Part shown: piece by piece, positions 18,616-28,961 of the stretch
Numbering within the stretch: position 1 is the first letter of the stretch
Layout: the number at the start of each line of letters is the position of its first letter
Origin: Escherichia phage RB16
Sequence record: NC_014467.1
DNA length: 64,000 bases
Strand: one strand, 5' to 3'
Notes under the pieces: generated by a model
What the model was told of the DNA's origin: nothing
Database searches by the model: none
What the model saw: only the letters and a program-made list of their open reading frames with translations
Program-made: the position numbers and the translations under genes

Positions 18616-18822
18616 TTATCGGGTACTTTTTACAACCCATCGAGAGAATGCAGGAAATACACCTACAACAGCAACGGTAATCACCACCCATACAGCGATT
18701 TTACCCACAGTCAATAGAATCAGCGGAGAGAATACCCACCACCAGGAAGCAGTAGCCATAAGGCCAACTTGTGCGAGTTTTAAACCCAACAGGATCAGAA
18801 ATACAACGGATAAAATTTTCAC
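18616..18822 (-). CDS. small membrane protein (GTG start)
   Basis: 68 aa, highly hydrophobic; GGGGCCGTAGCCCC hairpin immediately upstream. Confidence 0.4.
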   Translation of the reverse strand: MKILSVVFLILLGLKLAQVGLMATASWWWVFSPLILLTVGKIAVWVVITVAVVGVFPAFSRWVVKSTR

Positions 18823-18850
18823 AGTTTACCTTTAGGGGGCCGTAGCCCCG

Positions 18851-20287
18851 TTAAAATTCAATGTTCATAGATTTTGCGGCTTCGGCTAACTTACTTCTGT
18901 TACCCTCTGCCTGTTTTACCATAGCGCCTTGTGCTTCTTCAACAGTTTTCGGCATCTGACGACCTTTATAATCAGATTTAAACCCGATATCGCTGTTGTC
19001 GGTATCCATCCAGCGCTGATTTCCCTTACGTACTTCAAGTTTGAAATGGTTGAAATGATTCTTGTCACCATAACGAGACTTGATTTGCTTAAACACCTGC
19101 AAGCCCTGATCGGCTAGTTCATCCGTTTCAATCACCGCTAACATAAAGTCGGCAGTAGCTGGCAAACCAGCAGACTCCGCAACATCACCCATGCTAATAT
19201 CAGAAGCATCCCACGCTGCACGGGTTGTCTGTGCGCCAGTCCACATTACTGTATTAGTTTCGACAGCTAAACCGCGAAGTTCTTCGGCAATCGCTTTAAC
19301 CAGAATGTATGTGTTTTCAGCACCACGCACACGGGTAGAAGCACAGATCCCCAGGTAATCGATAATGATTACATCAGGAACAAAGTTCTTCTTCAATTTA
19401 AGCTCTTTAATCAGCGCTTTGAAGTGGTTTGCGTTTGCCCCTGCTGTTGGGTACTGCTTAACGATTAAACGCCCGACCTTAGTCTGTTTGAGGCGTTCCA
19501 TGCGGTTTTTATAGTCCGCATAGGTGATATTACCATTGTCGATATCATCAAGCGATACATCAAGTAAATTCGCATCAATACGTTTAGAACAAACATGTTC
19601 AGCCATTTCCATGCTGATGTAGAGAACGTTTTTACCTGATTGCAGATAATCAGCGGCAAGAGAACACAGCCCTAATGATTTACCAACGTTAACACCAGCC
19701 ATAAGGATGTTCAATGTTCCTCGTTCCGCACCGCCTTTTGTAATGGCGTTCAGGATCGGGATATTGAAAGGGATCTTCATCGCTTTGGACTGGTAAAGCA
19801 TCCAGCGTTTTTCGTAGTCTTCGAAGTAATCATGACCGACCGAACTATCGAAGCTAATCGCCAACGCCTCAGCCATAATATCAGGGATAGCCCCAACATC
19901 AGGGATTTTGTTGTTGCGTTCGCCAGCAGGTTTTTCCGCGTTTGCCTGGATCTCGATTGCGCGTGACAGGGCGCGATACATCGCTTTGTCTTTGCAATAC
20001 GTTTCCGTTTCCTTCATCAACCAATCTAAATCTTCCGGTGCATTTTTCATGCTGCGGATCATCTTCTTGGTGTCTTCGTAAACTACATCGCTAAGACTCC
20101 GTTTTTCAAGAGCAACCTCTAACGCTGTCTGTGAAGGAATGCTGTTGAATTCCTGTACGTGCTTGTCCATCAGATCATAAAGGACTTGCGCGTTACCTTC
20201 GAAATAGTCGCGTTTTAAATGGGGCCATGCCTGAACAAAATACGTGCCATTAAAAACCAGATTTGAAAATATTGTTTCGACGATCAT
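18851..20287 (-). CDS. 41: replicative DNA helicase (gp41, DnaB-like)
   Basis: 478 aa; Walker A GVNVGKS; size and order match T4 gp41. Confidence 0.9.
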   Translation of the reverse strand: MIVETIFSNLVFNGTYFVQAWPHLKRDYFEGNAQVLYDLMDKHVQEFNSIPSQTALEVALEKRSLSDVVYEDTKKMIRSMKNAPEDLDWLMKETETYCKDKAMYRALSRAIEIQANAEKPAGERNNKIPDVGAIPDIMAEALAISFDSSVGHDYFEDYEKRWMLYQSKAMKIPFNIPILNAITKGGAERGTLNILMAGVNVGKSLGLCSLAADYLQSGKNVLYISMEMAEHVCSKRIDANLLDVSLDDIDNGNITYADYKNRMERLKQTKVGRLIVKQYPTAGANANHFKALIKELKLKKNFVPDVIIIDYLGICASTRVRGAENTYILVKAIAEELRGLAVETNTVMWTGAQTTRAAWDASDISMGDVAESAGLPATADFMLAVIETDELADQGLQVFKQIKSRYGDKNHFNHFKLEVRKGNQRWMDTDNSDIGFKSDYKGRQMPKTVEEAQGAMVKQAEGNRSKLAEAAKSMNIEF

Positions 20288-20296
20288 TATTACCTC

Positions 20297-20602
20297 TTAA
20301 ACCAGATTGGCGAACATTTGAAAGAAATTGTACAGCTTTACTTTCAATGCCGCCCATAAGGTCTTTTCAGGCTTTGGGAGATTTGGCGCTATCTGTGCGT
20401 AAATTGCATCATGCACCAATGGGATCAGTGCTTCTTTGTTTTCATCCGGCGTACTGAATTCAACTTTTAAACCGTTGTCCCAGTAAACCTTATGAATGTA
20501 TACTAAATGCGCAACATCATTTTCATCGTTGATCAGAAGTTCTTGAATAACGTCCTGCATTGCTTCATCGAGAATGTTTTGTGTTTTTTGTTCAATGTCC
20601 AT
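20297..20602 (-). CDS. hypothetical protein
   Basis: 101 aa ORF between gp41 and uvsX. Confidence 0.4.
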   Translation of the reverse strand: MDIEQKTQNILDEAMQDVIQELLINDENDVAHLVYIHKVYWDNGLKVEFSTPDENKEALIPLVHDAIYAQIAPNLPKPEKTLWAALKVKLYNFFQMFANLV

Positions 20603-20640
20603 GATTCACCTGTTAAGGGGGCAAAAGCCCCCAGTTATTA

Positions 20641-21786
20641 TTACTCTTCCATCAGATCTACATCATCGGGAATATCATCATCGAAATCAACTTTATTTGA
20701 TTCGACAACATCATCAGAATAAAGATCTTCGAGTGCTGCACCATCAGTGATTTCTTTATCAGGAATCCGGTATTTGTCCTGAATAGCGTCGATGAACGGC
20801 TGATGTTTAAACAGAGGTTTCCAGAACTCGATGCAGTTGGTTTCTGCTTCGCGCCATTTCTTTTCTTCCAGTTCCAGTTCACCCGTTTCCGTGTTCAGGA
20901 ACGCACGACCACGCCAGCCTTTAGTTGGAGTCTGAACGAAGTTCATTTCCATAGCCAGATCCAGAAGACCAGAGAACATACTGATACCACCCTCATACGT
21001 AACATGAAGAGGGAATTTCGATTTTTCTTTCACGAAACGAGATTTCTCAACGTTCATAATGAAGTCATAACCGACAACCTCAGTACCTTCTTTCACCTGC
21101 TGTTTGCCCAGGATAATAGCAGTATCAGCGGAGTACATCAAACCCGTACCACCTGAAATGACCTTCTTGCTGTACATTTCTTGCGTGTCGTAAGTGTGGC
21201 AGATACACACCATCGGGATATCAATGTCAGCCAGGTAAGGCGTTACCATACGGAACATACCTTTCAGGGCTTTGGCTCGCGTCATATCCTGTTTGTCGTT
21301 GTCTTCCAGAGCGTCTTTAAGCTCTTTCTTACTCGCGGTGTTGCCTACAGAGTCCACGAAAATGATCACTTTGTCGCCGCGTTCAAGCGCGTCAAGCTGG
21401 CTTACAACATCATTACGAAGTTGTTCAACTGTCGTGATACGAGTATACACAACACGATCCGGGTCAACGCCCATTGATTTCAGATAGGACTTAGTAACGC
21501 CTTTCTCTGAATCATAGAACAGACATACAGCGTCCTCATTCGCTTTGAGATACGCCGCAACTGCAACCAGTCCCAGATTCGATTTGAAGTGTTTCGACGG
21601 ACCAGCGATCAGCGTTAAGCCGGAGGTAAGGCCACCATCAAAAGCACCAGATAGAACGAGGTTCAAGATTGGTACACGGGTTCGGGTTTTGGTGATGTTA
21701 TTAAAAACATCGCTTTCAGACAGAATTGACGCAGATTGACTATTCGAATTTTTGATCAGTTTTTTCAGGAGTGCTTTATTAGACAT
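20641..21786 (-). CDS. uvsX: UvsX recombinase (RecA-like)
   Basis: 381 aa; RecA-fold Walker A GPSKHFKS; acidic C-terminus; T4 UvsX is 391 aa. Confidence 0.9.
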   Translation of the reverse strand: MSNKALLKKLIKNSNSQSASILSESDVFNNITKTRTRVPILNLVLSGAFDGGLTSGLTLIAGPSKHFKSNLGLVAVAAYLKANEDAVCLFYDSEKGVTKSYLKSMGVDPDRVVYTRITTVEQLRNDVVSQLDALERGDKVIIFVDSVGNTASKKELKDALEDNDKQDMTRAKALKGMFRMVTPYLADIDIPMVCICHTYDTQEMYSKKVISGGTGLMYSADTAIILGKQQVKEGTEVVGYDFIMNVEKSRFVKEKSKFPLHVTYEGGISMFSGLLDLAMEMNFVQTPTKGWRGRAFLNTETGELELEEKKWREAETNCIEFWKPLFKHQPFIDAIQDKYRIPDKEITDGAALEDLYSDDVVESNKVDFDDDIPDDVDLMEE

Positions 21787-21865
21787 TTATTTTTCCGGTT
21801 TATATACACGCATAATATTTTCCTCACAAGTTTATATAAAAGGGGCATTTCTGCCCCATCAGGTC

Positions 21866-24571
21866 TTACCAGTCATCACCGAACAAAGTATTCAGGGATG
21901 CGCGTTTTTCGTAATCAATTTTACATGCTTCCGTGATGTTTTGCAATGGACTGATTACATGTTTTTCAAATAATCCGTTGTAGTCAACCCATTTGAGAAT
22001 ATCACTTTCAATCTCAACAGGTAAACGGCTACCGGATTGCCATGCGATACAATCAGCTTGCCACGGGTTTTTATCACGCAACGGCAGAACCATAACCTTT
22101 TCACCTTCCATAATCTGAGTGACTCCAGGAATCCCCTTCGTATGGCGGTTAAAGAACAGTACGCCTTTAATGTGGTTTGGTGTGCCTTTAATCGGGTATC
22201 CCATACCATCATTATATTTCGTGATGTTGTTTGCCGATGATACACCAGCAATCTCGCGATAGTCAAGCGCCTTATACTCTTCCTCAAAAACTTTGAAGGA
22301 TTCGTGTAATGACTCTTCACCTTCTTGCAGGATGCGACGGATCGCCTCTTTCAAGAATTTTTTAACCGCTGTTGGTGTACTGCTTCGCTGGGTTTCCATT
22401 CCCATGATTTTTAATTTAGGCTTCTCGTAGCGGGTTCCTTCGGAGTCCCACACGTTAGCCGCATAACGTTTCTTCGCAGTCCAGAAACTACCCAACCCTT
22501 TCGAACCCAACGGAGGGCCGGAAATGATTTCACGATCCATGAACATCAAGTGTTCTACGTTGTTCATGTATTCGCACAGTTCGCGATAGCCCTTATCAAT
22601 GATAGGTTCCATGCGCTCACGACTGAATTTATCCAGGAAATCAACCCAGTGATTGTTGTCTCTGAACTTGCTTTCGCCGCCCACTTTCTCGATCACGTTA
22701 TCCATACATACATAGATTGAATCCGTGTCGCAGTAGCGAACGTAAGCGTAATCCGTGGTGTTGCACAACTGGTTCAGATATTCGTTAACCTTGCGCTCAA
22801 TCCACTGGATAGCCAATTGACCGAACATGGTGATCGCGCTGGCGTTTCGAATATCAAAGTACCGGAAGTGTTCGTTACCCAACGCACCATAAAGGGAGTT
22901 GATACTGATCTTACGGTTAAGCTGTGCGGTGTTCGCCTGTGCGATTTTCTTCTCACAAACTTTCTTCACGGCTTTAAGCATTTGCTTAGTCAGCGTTTTA
23001 AGAACCGCTTTCGATTCATCACTGAAATCAGTATAGAAATCGAAATCAGGATCAATCATCTGGTTATGCGCATCCGTCAGGTGTTCGAGTTCATGTTTGA
23101 TTAATTCAAGATTTCTCTCACCCGCCATCATTCGTTTTTTCCACATCTTACGCTGATCGAATACTTTCTTGATCTCGACTGGGATCACGCCTTTAACGTC
23201 ACGCCGGAACATCCACCCGTTAGGAGAGCAGCTAAATTCATCGCTAGGACGTGGAGCGGTCTTATTGATGTATTCGTGCATAGGACGCACCGCAAAGCTG
23301 TTAGCGATTGTCTCAGGGCTTATATTCACCTGTCTGATGATAGACGGGTACAGACTGGTTAAGTCGAACGATACAATGTATTTGTATGGAGCAACAACCG
23401 GATCTTTAACATACGCACCATCATAAGGCGTTTTAGTGTGGCGTTTGTTTTCTGGGATTACAATCTTATCTTCTCGCAAAGAGTTATATATGATTGCGTC
23501 CCACGTTTTCAACGGCGACATTACACCAGGGAAGTTGATCTTCGCATAGTACGCCACAGACAGAACCAGTTCGATGAAGTTACGCTTACCATCAATATCA
23601 AGTACGCGGATTACGTCAACGATGTTGTACGTGATGTATTTCTGGTGATCCGCTTGACGCAGTTCAGACAGAGAACCTTCGTAATCAACTTTGCTCTTAC
23701 CTGTTTCATATTCAGCGATCGCGCCCAGTCCGTAAGACGGTTGCGGGGTGAAACTGAACTTCTTATACAGATCCATGCCGTCCATCTGAGAAACGCCATA
23801 AATCTCATATCCCAGTTGTTCGTTCCCGTACTGGTCGGTCGTTGTCTTCGCTGTCACCTTACCGAACGGGCTAAAATGACGAACCACGTTTTGCCCGAAA
23901 ATATTCAGGTAACGTGTGATGATGTATGCGATATCGAATTTGTTTGAGTTCCAGCCCGTAACAATAACAGGTGTGCGCTCTTTCCAGTCTTTGATGTACG
24001 CAGACAGCAACGATTTTTCAGTTGAGAATGAACGATATACAACCTTTTTCAAATCCTCTTCACTGATTTCATTTTCAGTGTCAACCTTTGAGGCTACCCA
24101 CTCGTCTAAACCACCCTCGACCAGATCATACACAAAGAACTTATCTTCAACGCTGTCATAGTGGGTGATTGCGTCGATAGCATATTTTGCTTCGCGTGGA
24201 TCAGGGAATTCAGGCGCGGTAACTTCGATATCGAGTGAAGCGATACGGATTCTTTCGCGGTTATAGTCGATCTCAGTTCGATAGGTGTCTGAAATGTACG
24301 CAAGGCGATAGTCATCCATCCCCAGAGCTTCCATCCCTACATCCTTCATTCGCTGCATCCAGCTTTTAGCATCCTTAATGCTATCAAACTTTTTCTTAAT
24401 GCACGTCTTACCGTAGATGTCTTTGTATGGCGAGTCTACACCCGCCATAGCGTGTTGATACATCGTTGGTTCATATTTTGTTTTGCGAACTTGTTCGCGT
24501 CCCTCAGAGTCAATGAAGCGCTCATAGATATGATCGCCCATTTGCTCAACTGATAGATAAAATTCAGTCAT
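21866..24571 (-). CDS. 43: DNA polymerase (gp43, family B)
   Basis: 901 aa; N-terminus MTEFYLSVEQMGDHIYERFID parallels T4 gp43; exonuclease and polymerase motifs (YCDTDS); no intein or intron gap. Confidence 0.9.
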   Translation of the reverse strand: MTEFYLSVEQMGDHIYERFIDSEGREQVRKTKYEPTMYQHAMAGVDSPYKDIYGKTCIKKKFDSIKDAKSWMQRMKDVGMEALGMDDYRLAYISDTYRTEIDYNRERIRIASLDIEVTAPEFPDPREAKYAIDAITHYDSVEDKFFVYDLVEGGLDEWVASKVDTENEISEEDLKKVVYRSFSTEKSLLSAYIKDWKERTPVIVTGWNSNKFDIAYIITRYLNIFGQNVVRHFSPFGKVTAKTTTDQYGNEQLGYEIYGVSQMDGMDLYKKFSFTPQPSYGLGAIAEYETGKSKVDYEGSLSELRQADHQKYITYNIVDVIRVLDIDGKRNFIELVLSVAYYAKINFPGVMSPLKTWDAIIYNSLREDKIVIPENKRHTKTPYDGAYVKDPVVAPYKYIVSFDLTSLYPSIIRQVNISPETIANSFAVRPMHEYINKTAPRPSDEFSCSPNGWMFRRDVKGVIPVEIKKVFDQRKMWKKRMMAGERNLELIKHELEHLTDAHNQMIDPDFDFYTDFSDESKAVLKTLTKQMLKAVKKVCEKKIAQANTAQLNRKISINSLYGALGNEHFRYFDIRNASAITMFGQLAIQWIERKVNEYLNQLCNTTDYAYVRYCDTDSIYVCMDNVIEKVGGESKFRDNNHWVDFLDKFSRERMEPIIDKGYRELCEYMNNVEHLMFMDREIISGPPLGSKGLGSFWTAKKRYAANVWDSEGTRYEKPKLKIMGMETQRSSTPTAVKKFLKEAIRRILQEGEESLHESFKVFEEEYKALDYREIAGVSSANNITKYNDGMGYPIKGTPNHIKGVLFFNRHTKGIPGVTQIMEGEKVMVLPLRDKNPWQADCIAWQSGSRLPVEIESDILKWVDYNGLFEKHVISPLQNITEACKIDYEKRASLNTLFGDDW

Positions 24572-24884
24572 TACGTTTTTCTTTCTCCGCGTTTAATCGT
24601 ATCAGAAATGATACACCAGCCAGCTTGATCAGATCAAGTGAACGCTGTGCAGAATCACGAAGGGTTTTATGTCCTTCAATCGAATTCAACTGATTTACCA
24701 GCAGTGTATATTCATTCATGATACGTTTATAGAAATTGGGGAAGTAGTTCTGTGCGTAATTATAGGTACGCAGATCAGAGAGATTGCAAGTCAGAGACAG
24801 ATCGATTTCGTCGCGGTGCAGACGGATAATCAAATGGTCGTCTGTTTTGAGAGATTTAAGAATTTCTTCAATACTAATTTTCAT
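24564..24884 (-). CDS. hypothetical protein
   Basis: 106 aa ORF between regA and gp43. Confidence 0.4.
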   Translation of the reverse strand: MKISIEEILKSLKTDDHLIIRLHRDEIDLSLTCNLSDLRTYNYAQNYFPNFYKRIMNEYTLLVNQLNSIEGHKTLRDSAQRSLDLIKLAGVSFLIRLNAEKEKRND

Positions 24885-24913
24885 AATTTAGTCCTCACAA
24901 TTGGTGTACAACC

Positions 24914-24942
24914 AATATAACAAAGCCCTTGCAGAAATGCAA
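24914..24942 (-). promoter_or_regulatory. PeSL-like promoter: -35 TTGCAT inside hairpin AGCCCTTGCA/TGCAAGGGCT, 17-bp spacer, -10 TATATT
   Basis: Same architecture as other copies; located after the regA stop. Confidence 0.5.
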
Positions 24943-24953
24943 GGGCTTTTTGA

Positions 24954-25322
24954 TTAATGTCCGATCCGGTACTTGTATTTCAAAGTCCATTCGGCTTTTT
25001 GTGCGTGGGTCAGTACGCGGAAGTTATTCTCTTCAGAGAATTTCAGATCCGGCGTAAGGATTTCGATCATTCCCCACTCTTCCAGAAGTCGCGCAATGTT
25101 GTTGCGGCGTAATTCGTCGTCTTCGGTCATGTCAACCTGGCGACCGTCCAGCCTCAAAAGTTCTTTGAAGTGTACGATAAAATAGCGCCCTTGCTTCTGT
25201 AAGATGTGGCAAGACTGCCACAGCATTTTCTTTTTATTGTTTGCGATCCCGATACGGGTTAGCGTTTCGCGAATTTTTAAAAAACTGTCGTCGCTGGACA
25301 GTTTGATTTCGAGCATGTTCAT
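24954..25322 (-). CDS. regA: translational repressor RegA
   Basis: 122 aa; close match to remembered T4 RegA (LTRIGIANNKKKMLWQSCHILQKQGRYFIVHFKELLRLDGRQV). Confidence 0.85.
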   Translation of the reverse strand: MNMLEIKLSSDDSFLKIRETLTRIGIANNKKKMLWQSCHILQKQGRYFIVHFKELLRLDGRQVDMTEDDELRRNNIARLLEEWGMIEILTPDLKFSEENNFRVLTHAQKAEWTLKYKYRIGH

Positions 25323-25325
25323 ATA

Positions 25326-25898
25326 TCACCATTTCTTTATTAATTGTTCAACCTTTTTCTGGTCGGTTTTATTTTTCACAACATCAGCCAACACAGATAT
25401 AGCAACTTTCATATTTTTCCGCTTCCACTCGTCCAGTTTTTCAAGCTGTTTGAGTTCTTCGTAATATTCCATTGCGATACGTGTATTTACGCCATACCGT
25501 TTTTGGAGAACATGAAGGATAACTTTAATTTCGTTATCTTCGGTGAGTTTAGCCCACGCCCCGAACCGCTTACCTTTGCGCACCGTATGCAGGTAATAAT
25601 CAAAGTGCGCCTGGTCAGGTAAACCGGAACCGATCATATTCATTGTGTATGCAGGGATCAGCGTTTCGATATGCTGGCTCATTGCATTGTCAATGAAATA
25701 CTTGTCGTATGAATCAAGGCCAGAAATACGCAATGGTTTCTTTCCTGTATTCAATTCTTCGAGAACCATAAACAAGGTGTTTTCCTTGTCTTTGGTGTAC
25801 TCTTTCACAAGCCCTTCGATCTTGTCCCAGTCTTTAGAACGCCAGGCCGCTTCATGTTCGTTCAGTTCTTCTTCATCGAGAAAAGCAGCCAATGACAT
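25326..25898 (-). CDS. 62: clamp loader small subunit (gp62)
   Basis: 190 aa; position between gp44 and regA; size matches T4 gp62. Confidence 0.75.
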   Translation of the reverse strand: MSLAAFLDEEELNEHEAAWRSKDWDKIEGLVKEYTKDKENTLFMVLEELNTGKKPLRISGLDSYDKYFIDNAMSQHIETLIPAYTMNMIGSGLPDQAHFDYYLHTVRKGKRFGAWAKLTEDNEIKVILHVLQKRYGVNTRIAMEYYEELKQLEKLDEWKRKNMKVAISVLADVVKNKTDQKKVEQLIKKW

Positions 25899-25899
25899 T

Positions 25900-26898
25900 T
25901 TAAGCCTCCCACGCGAGGGTAAGCATTAACCCCATGAACAGATATTGCAGGTGAATTTCTTTGTTCACTGCCAGCCCGTATTGTGCGTTGTTTTCGCCAA
26001 TTGCCTGAATCAATGCAACCTTAGATTCGTTGGTGACGATCGGGTATATAGCATCAAGCAGTTTAGACAGGAACGTTTCATACTCAGGCGCGTACTTGAT
26101 TGCTTCGGCTCGCAGTGCTTTGAAGTTCTTCGCTTTAAGCCCCTCAATCACTGGTGTGATGTCCGAACCAACAATCTCACTCAAGATACCCGCATCAATT
26201 TTACCGCGCTTAGAATAGAACCCAAGAGCTTTTACGATGGATCGTGCATCAGGGTAGTGCTTCTTAACGAACGCCGCGATCACCTGCTGGTCATATTCGA
26301 TTCCTTCGATTTCGAGGATACCGAAACAACGCTTGATCATCTGCTTCATCAGTTCAATTCGTTCTTCCTTCGACGGGGAACCGAACTTAACCGGAGGGCA
26401 ACGAGACAACAGCGCCGGATGAATACCATTGATATTGTTTGCGGTGACGATAACGGTTACGTTCTTGCTGTATGCTTCGATAAAGCTACGCATGTGTTTC
26501 TGTGCTTCTGCCATGCCAGGGCGATCGAATTCGTCAATCAGGATAATTTTGCCGCCTTTCTTCTGAGTCATCGAAGAGGCGAAACGATCCATTTCGTTAC
26601 GGATGAAGTTCACACCACAATCTGAACCGTTGACAAACATCACTTCTGCGTCAACTTCATTACCCAGAACCAGCGCCAGTGTTGTTTTACCCGTACCAGG
26701 GGAATCAGAAACCAGAGTCATGTTATCAATGCGACCGGACTTGATAAACCCGCGCATCGTTTCTTTATCAGCAGCAGGGAGAATACATTCATCAATCGTT
26801 GTCGGGCGATAGCGTTGATCCCATGCGAATTCATCGGGAGATTGGGAGATTTTGCCGTATTTGGTGTCAATCAGTTGTACGTTTTCACTAAGTTCCAT
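25900..26898 (-). CDS. 44: clamp loader large subunit (gp44, AAA+ ATPase)
   Basis: 332 aa; Walker A SPGTGKTT; Walker B ILIDEFD. Confidence 0.85.
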   Translation of the reverse strand: MELSENVQLIDTKYGKISQSPDEFAWDQRYRPTTIDECILPAADKETMRGFIKSGRIDNMTLVSDSPGTGKTTLALVLGNEVDAEVMFVNGSDCGVNFIRNEMDRFASSMTQKKGGKIILIDEFDRPGMAEAQKHMRSFIEAYSKNVTVIVTANNINGIHPALLSRCPPVKFGSPSKEERIELMKQMIKRCFGILEIEGIEYDQQVIAAFVKKHYPDARSIVKALGFYSKRGKIDAGILSEIVGSDITPVIEGLKAKNFKALRAEAIKYAPEYETFLSKLLDAIYPIVTNESKVALIQAIGENNAQYGLAVNKEIHLQYLFMGLMLTLAWEA

Positions 26899-26958
26899 AA
26901 TATACCTTCAAATGTTATCAAAAAGGGGCCGTAGCCCCTTCGTTACCGATTGTTTATC

Positions 26959-27630
26959 TTACTTGAACTGGCTGGTTGCTTCAAGTACAACCACGTAAGC
27001 CACGCCGTTTTCGGAAGAGAATTTAGCCGCGCCTTGTGCAGAGATTTCAACTTTGTAATCGCTGTTGATGAACTGCATGTTATCAATCTTCATATCGAAG
27101 TTGAACACGTTATCACCTTCGTAATCGCCAACTTCTACAGAGAAGGTTGACTGGCTTTCTTTGCTTTTCGCAGTGATTACCAGTTTGCCGTTGATTGGTT
27201 CGACGGACAGGTCGGTCAGTTTCATCATGCGTGATGCTTTGATCAGTTTTTCAAAGTCGCTTGCGCTAATCTGGAACACCAGATCCGCAACTGGCATCTG
27301 CAAGCGTTTTTTCGGCTTGACGATTGTTGTTGGGTCGCATGAACGGTCAACGATCTTCATTTTGTCGCCGCGAATGATGATTTCGCCAGTAGACAGATCG
27401 TGAGTTACTTCGGCATCAGCGCCGACGATGTTCAGCATACTAAGGAATGAGTTCAGATCATAGATACCGACATCTTCATCAATCACATCAGGAATTTCAG
27501 CTTCCGCGTAAACTACGCTGTTGATGGTTTTCGTCATGATGAACGAACCTTTGGTCAACATGATTGATGGGTTGATCTGAGAGAAGTTTTTCAGGATATC
27601 GATAGTTTGTTTTGAGAATTTCATATTCAA
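26959..27630 (-). CDS. 45: sliding clamp (gp45)
   Basis: 223 aa; resembles T4 gp45 along its length. Confidence 0.85.
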   Translation of the reverse strand: MNMKFSKQTIDILKNFSQINPSIMLTKGSFIMTKTINSVVYAEAEIPDVIDEDVGIYDLNSFLSMLNIVGADAEVTHDLSTGEIIIRGDKMKIVDRSCDPTTIVKPKKRLQMPVADLVFQISASDFEKLIKASRMMKLTDLSVEPINGKLVITAKSKESQSTFSVEVGDYEGDNVFNFDMKIDNMQFINSDYKVEISAQGAAKFSSENGVAYVVVLEATSQFK

Positions 27631-27644
27631 CCTATAGTTTTCAA

Positions 27645-27929
27645 TTAGGCAAAAGTGCCGTTAATCAGGGAGTTTACAACGATTTGCGCCGCAGTGTCAA
27701 AAATCTTTTTGTGTTCTGCGTCGTTCAGTTTTTTGCCGGAGTTGTGTGCGTCTGCAACCACTTTTTCGCGTACTTCGATCACAGCTTCATCAATTCGTTT
27801 ATAATGCTCGAAGCGTTCAGCTTGAGGCATTGCACGAAACATTTCTTTGATGTTATCTGGGGTTTTGCTTACCCATGATTTGCGAACGTTGTTCAGGTGC
27901 GCAACGTATACATTTTGTTCTAAATTCAT
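27645..27929 (-). CDS. hypothetical protein
   Basis: 94 aa ORF between gp32 and gp45. Confidence 0.4.
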   Translation of the reverse strand: MNLEQNVYVAHLNNVRKSWVSKTPDNIKEMFRAMPQAERFEHYKRIDEAVIEVREKVVADAHNSGKKLNDAEHKKIFDTAAQIVVNSLINGTFA

Positions 27930-27974
27930 ATCTACCTCAAACTTTCAAATTGGGGGCTTACGCCCCCGTAAGCA

Positions 27975-28958
27975 TTACAGATCCAGCAGTTTATCCAGGT
28001 CGTCATCACCTGAACCTTCGTTCAGATCAAACGGCGGGGTATCATCTTCCGGTACGCTTCCGCCTACGTTCAGTTGACTTACGCCACCAGATTCTTTAGC
28101 ACCTTTGGACTGGTTGCTATTATCGAAGTTTTTCAGATCGTTGTCAAATGAATTCAGTTCAGAATCCAGATCAGCACCAGCGCTTGCGCCAGCACCCAGA
28201 GCAGCACCGCCACCGAATACTTTAGTGAAACGTGCGGTCAGTTCAGCAGCAGGTTTAAACTGGTCTGGTGCAGTAATCGGACGGAGATCACTCATACCTT
28301 CGAAAATCGCTTTCTGAACGGCTTCTTCGTCGATACCTTTAATCGGGCCAGGTACGCCGAATGTGCTGTCGTCATAGTTAGGCCATTCGCCTACTTTCTT
28401 CGCTTTCAGAGTGAAGTTAGCACCACCGAACGGACACGTTACAGCAATACCAGGTTCATCCAGATCAGGGTTGCCAGCGATGGTTGCGGTGATTTTGTCC
28501 ATGATCTTCTTACCGAAGCGGAACTTAAACACTTTACCTTCATTTTCCGGTGCGCCAGGATCTTTGATTACCAGGATGTTAGCCCAGAACGATTGTTTAC
28601 GTCCGATTTGTCCCAGCAGTTTATCGGCTTCACCGCCTTTATTTGCTTTCGCTTTTTCGAACAGGTCGTTGTCAGAAATATACTGACATACCGGACAACC
28701 ATCGTAATCGCCGTGAGTAGACGGGCAGTTTTCGATATACCACTGATTTTGTTTTTTGAATGAATGGCTAACGATACGCACGAACGCCAGTTCATCATCG
28801 GAGCGGTTAGGCAGGAAACGAATCACAGCGGAACCGTTTTTCTGTGCATCCAGAGTGAGTTTCCACTCTTTTTCATCTTTCTGGAAGCCGGAAGAACCTT
28901 TCAGGGCTGCAACTTGTTCTTGTAATTTGGTCGGGTCTTGACGTTTAAAAAATGACAT
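27975..28958 (-). CDS. 32: single-stranded DNA-binding protein (gp32)
   Basis: 327 aa; zinc-site region STHGDYDGCPVCQY and KVFKFRFGKKI match T4 gp32; acidic C-terminal tail. Confidence 0.85.
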   Translation of the reverse strand: MSFFKRQDPTKLQEQVAALKGSSGFQKDEKEWKLTLDAQKNGSAVIRFLPNRSDDELAFVRIVSHSFKKQNQWYIENCPSTHGDYDGCPVCQYISDNDLFEKAKANKGGEADKLLGQIGRKQSFWANILVIKDPGAPENEGKVFKFRFGKKIMDKITATIAGNPDLDEPGIAVTCPFGGANFTLKAKKVGEWPNYDDSTFGVPGPIKGIDEEAVQKAIFEGMSDLRPITAPDQFKPAAELTARFTKVFGGGAALGAGASAGADLDSELNSFDNDLKNFDNSNQSKGAKESGGVSQLNVGGSVPEDDTPPFDLNEGSGDDDLDKLLDL

Positions 28959-28961
28959 GGA

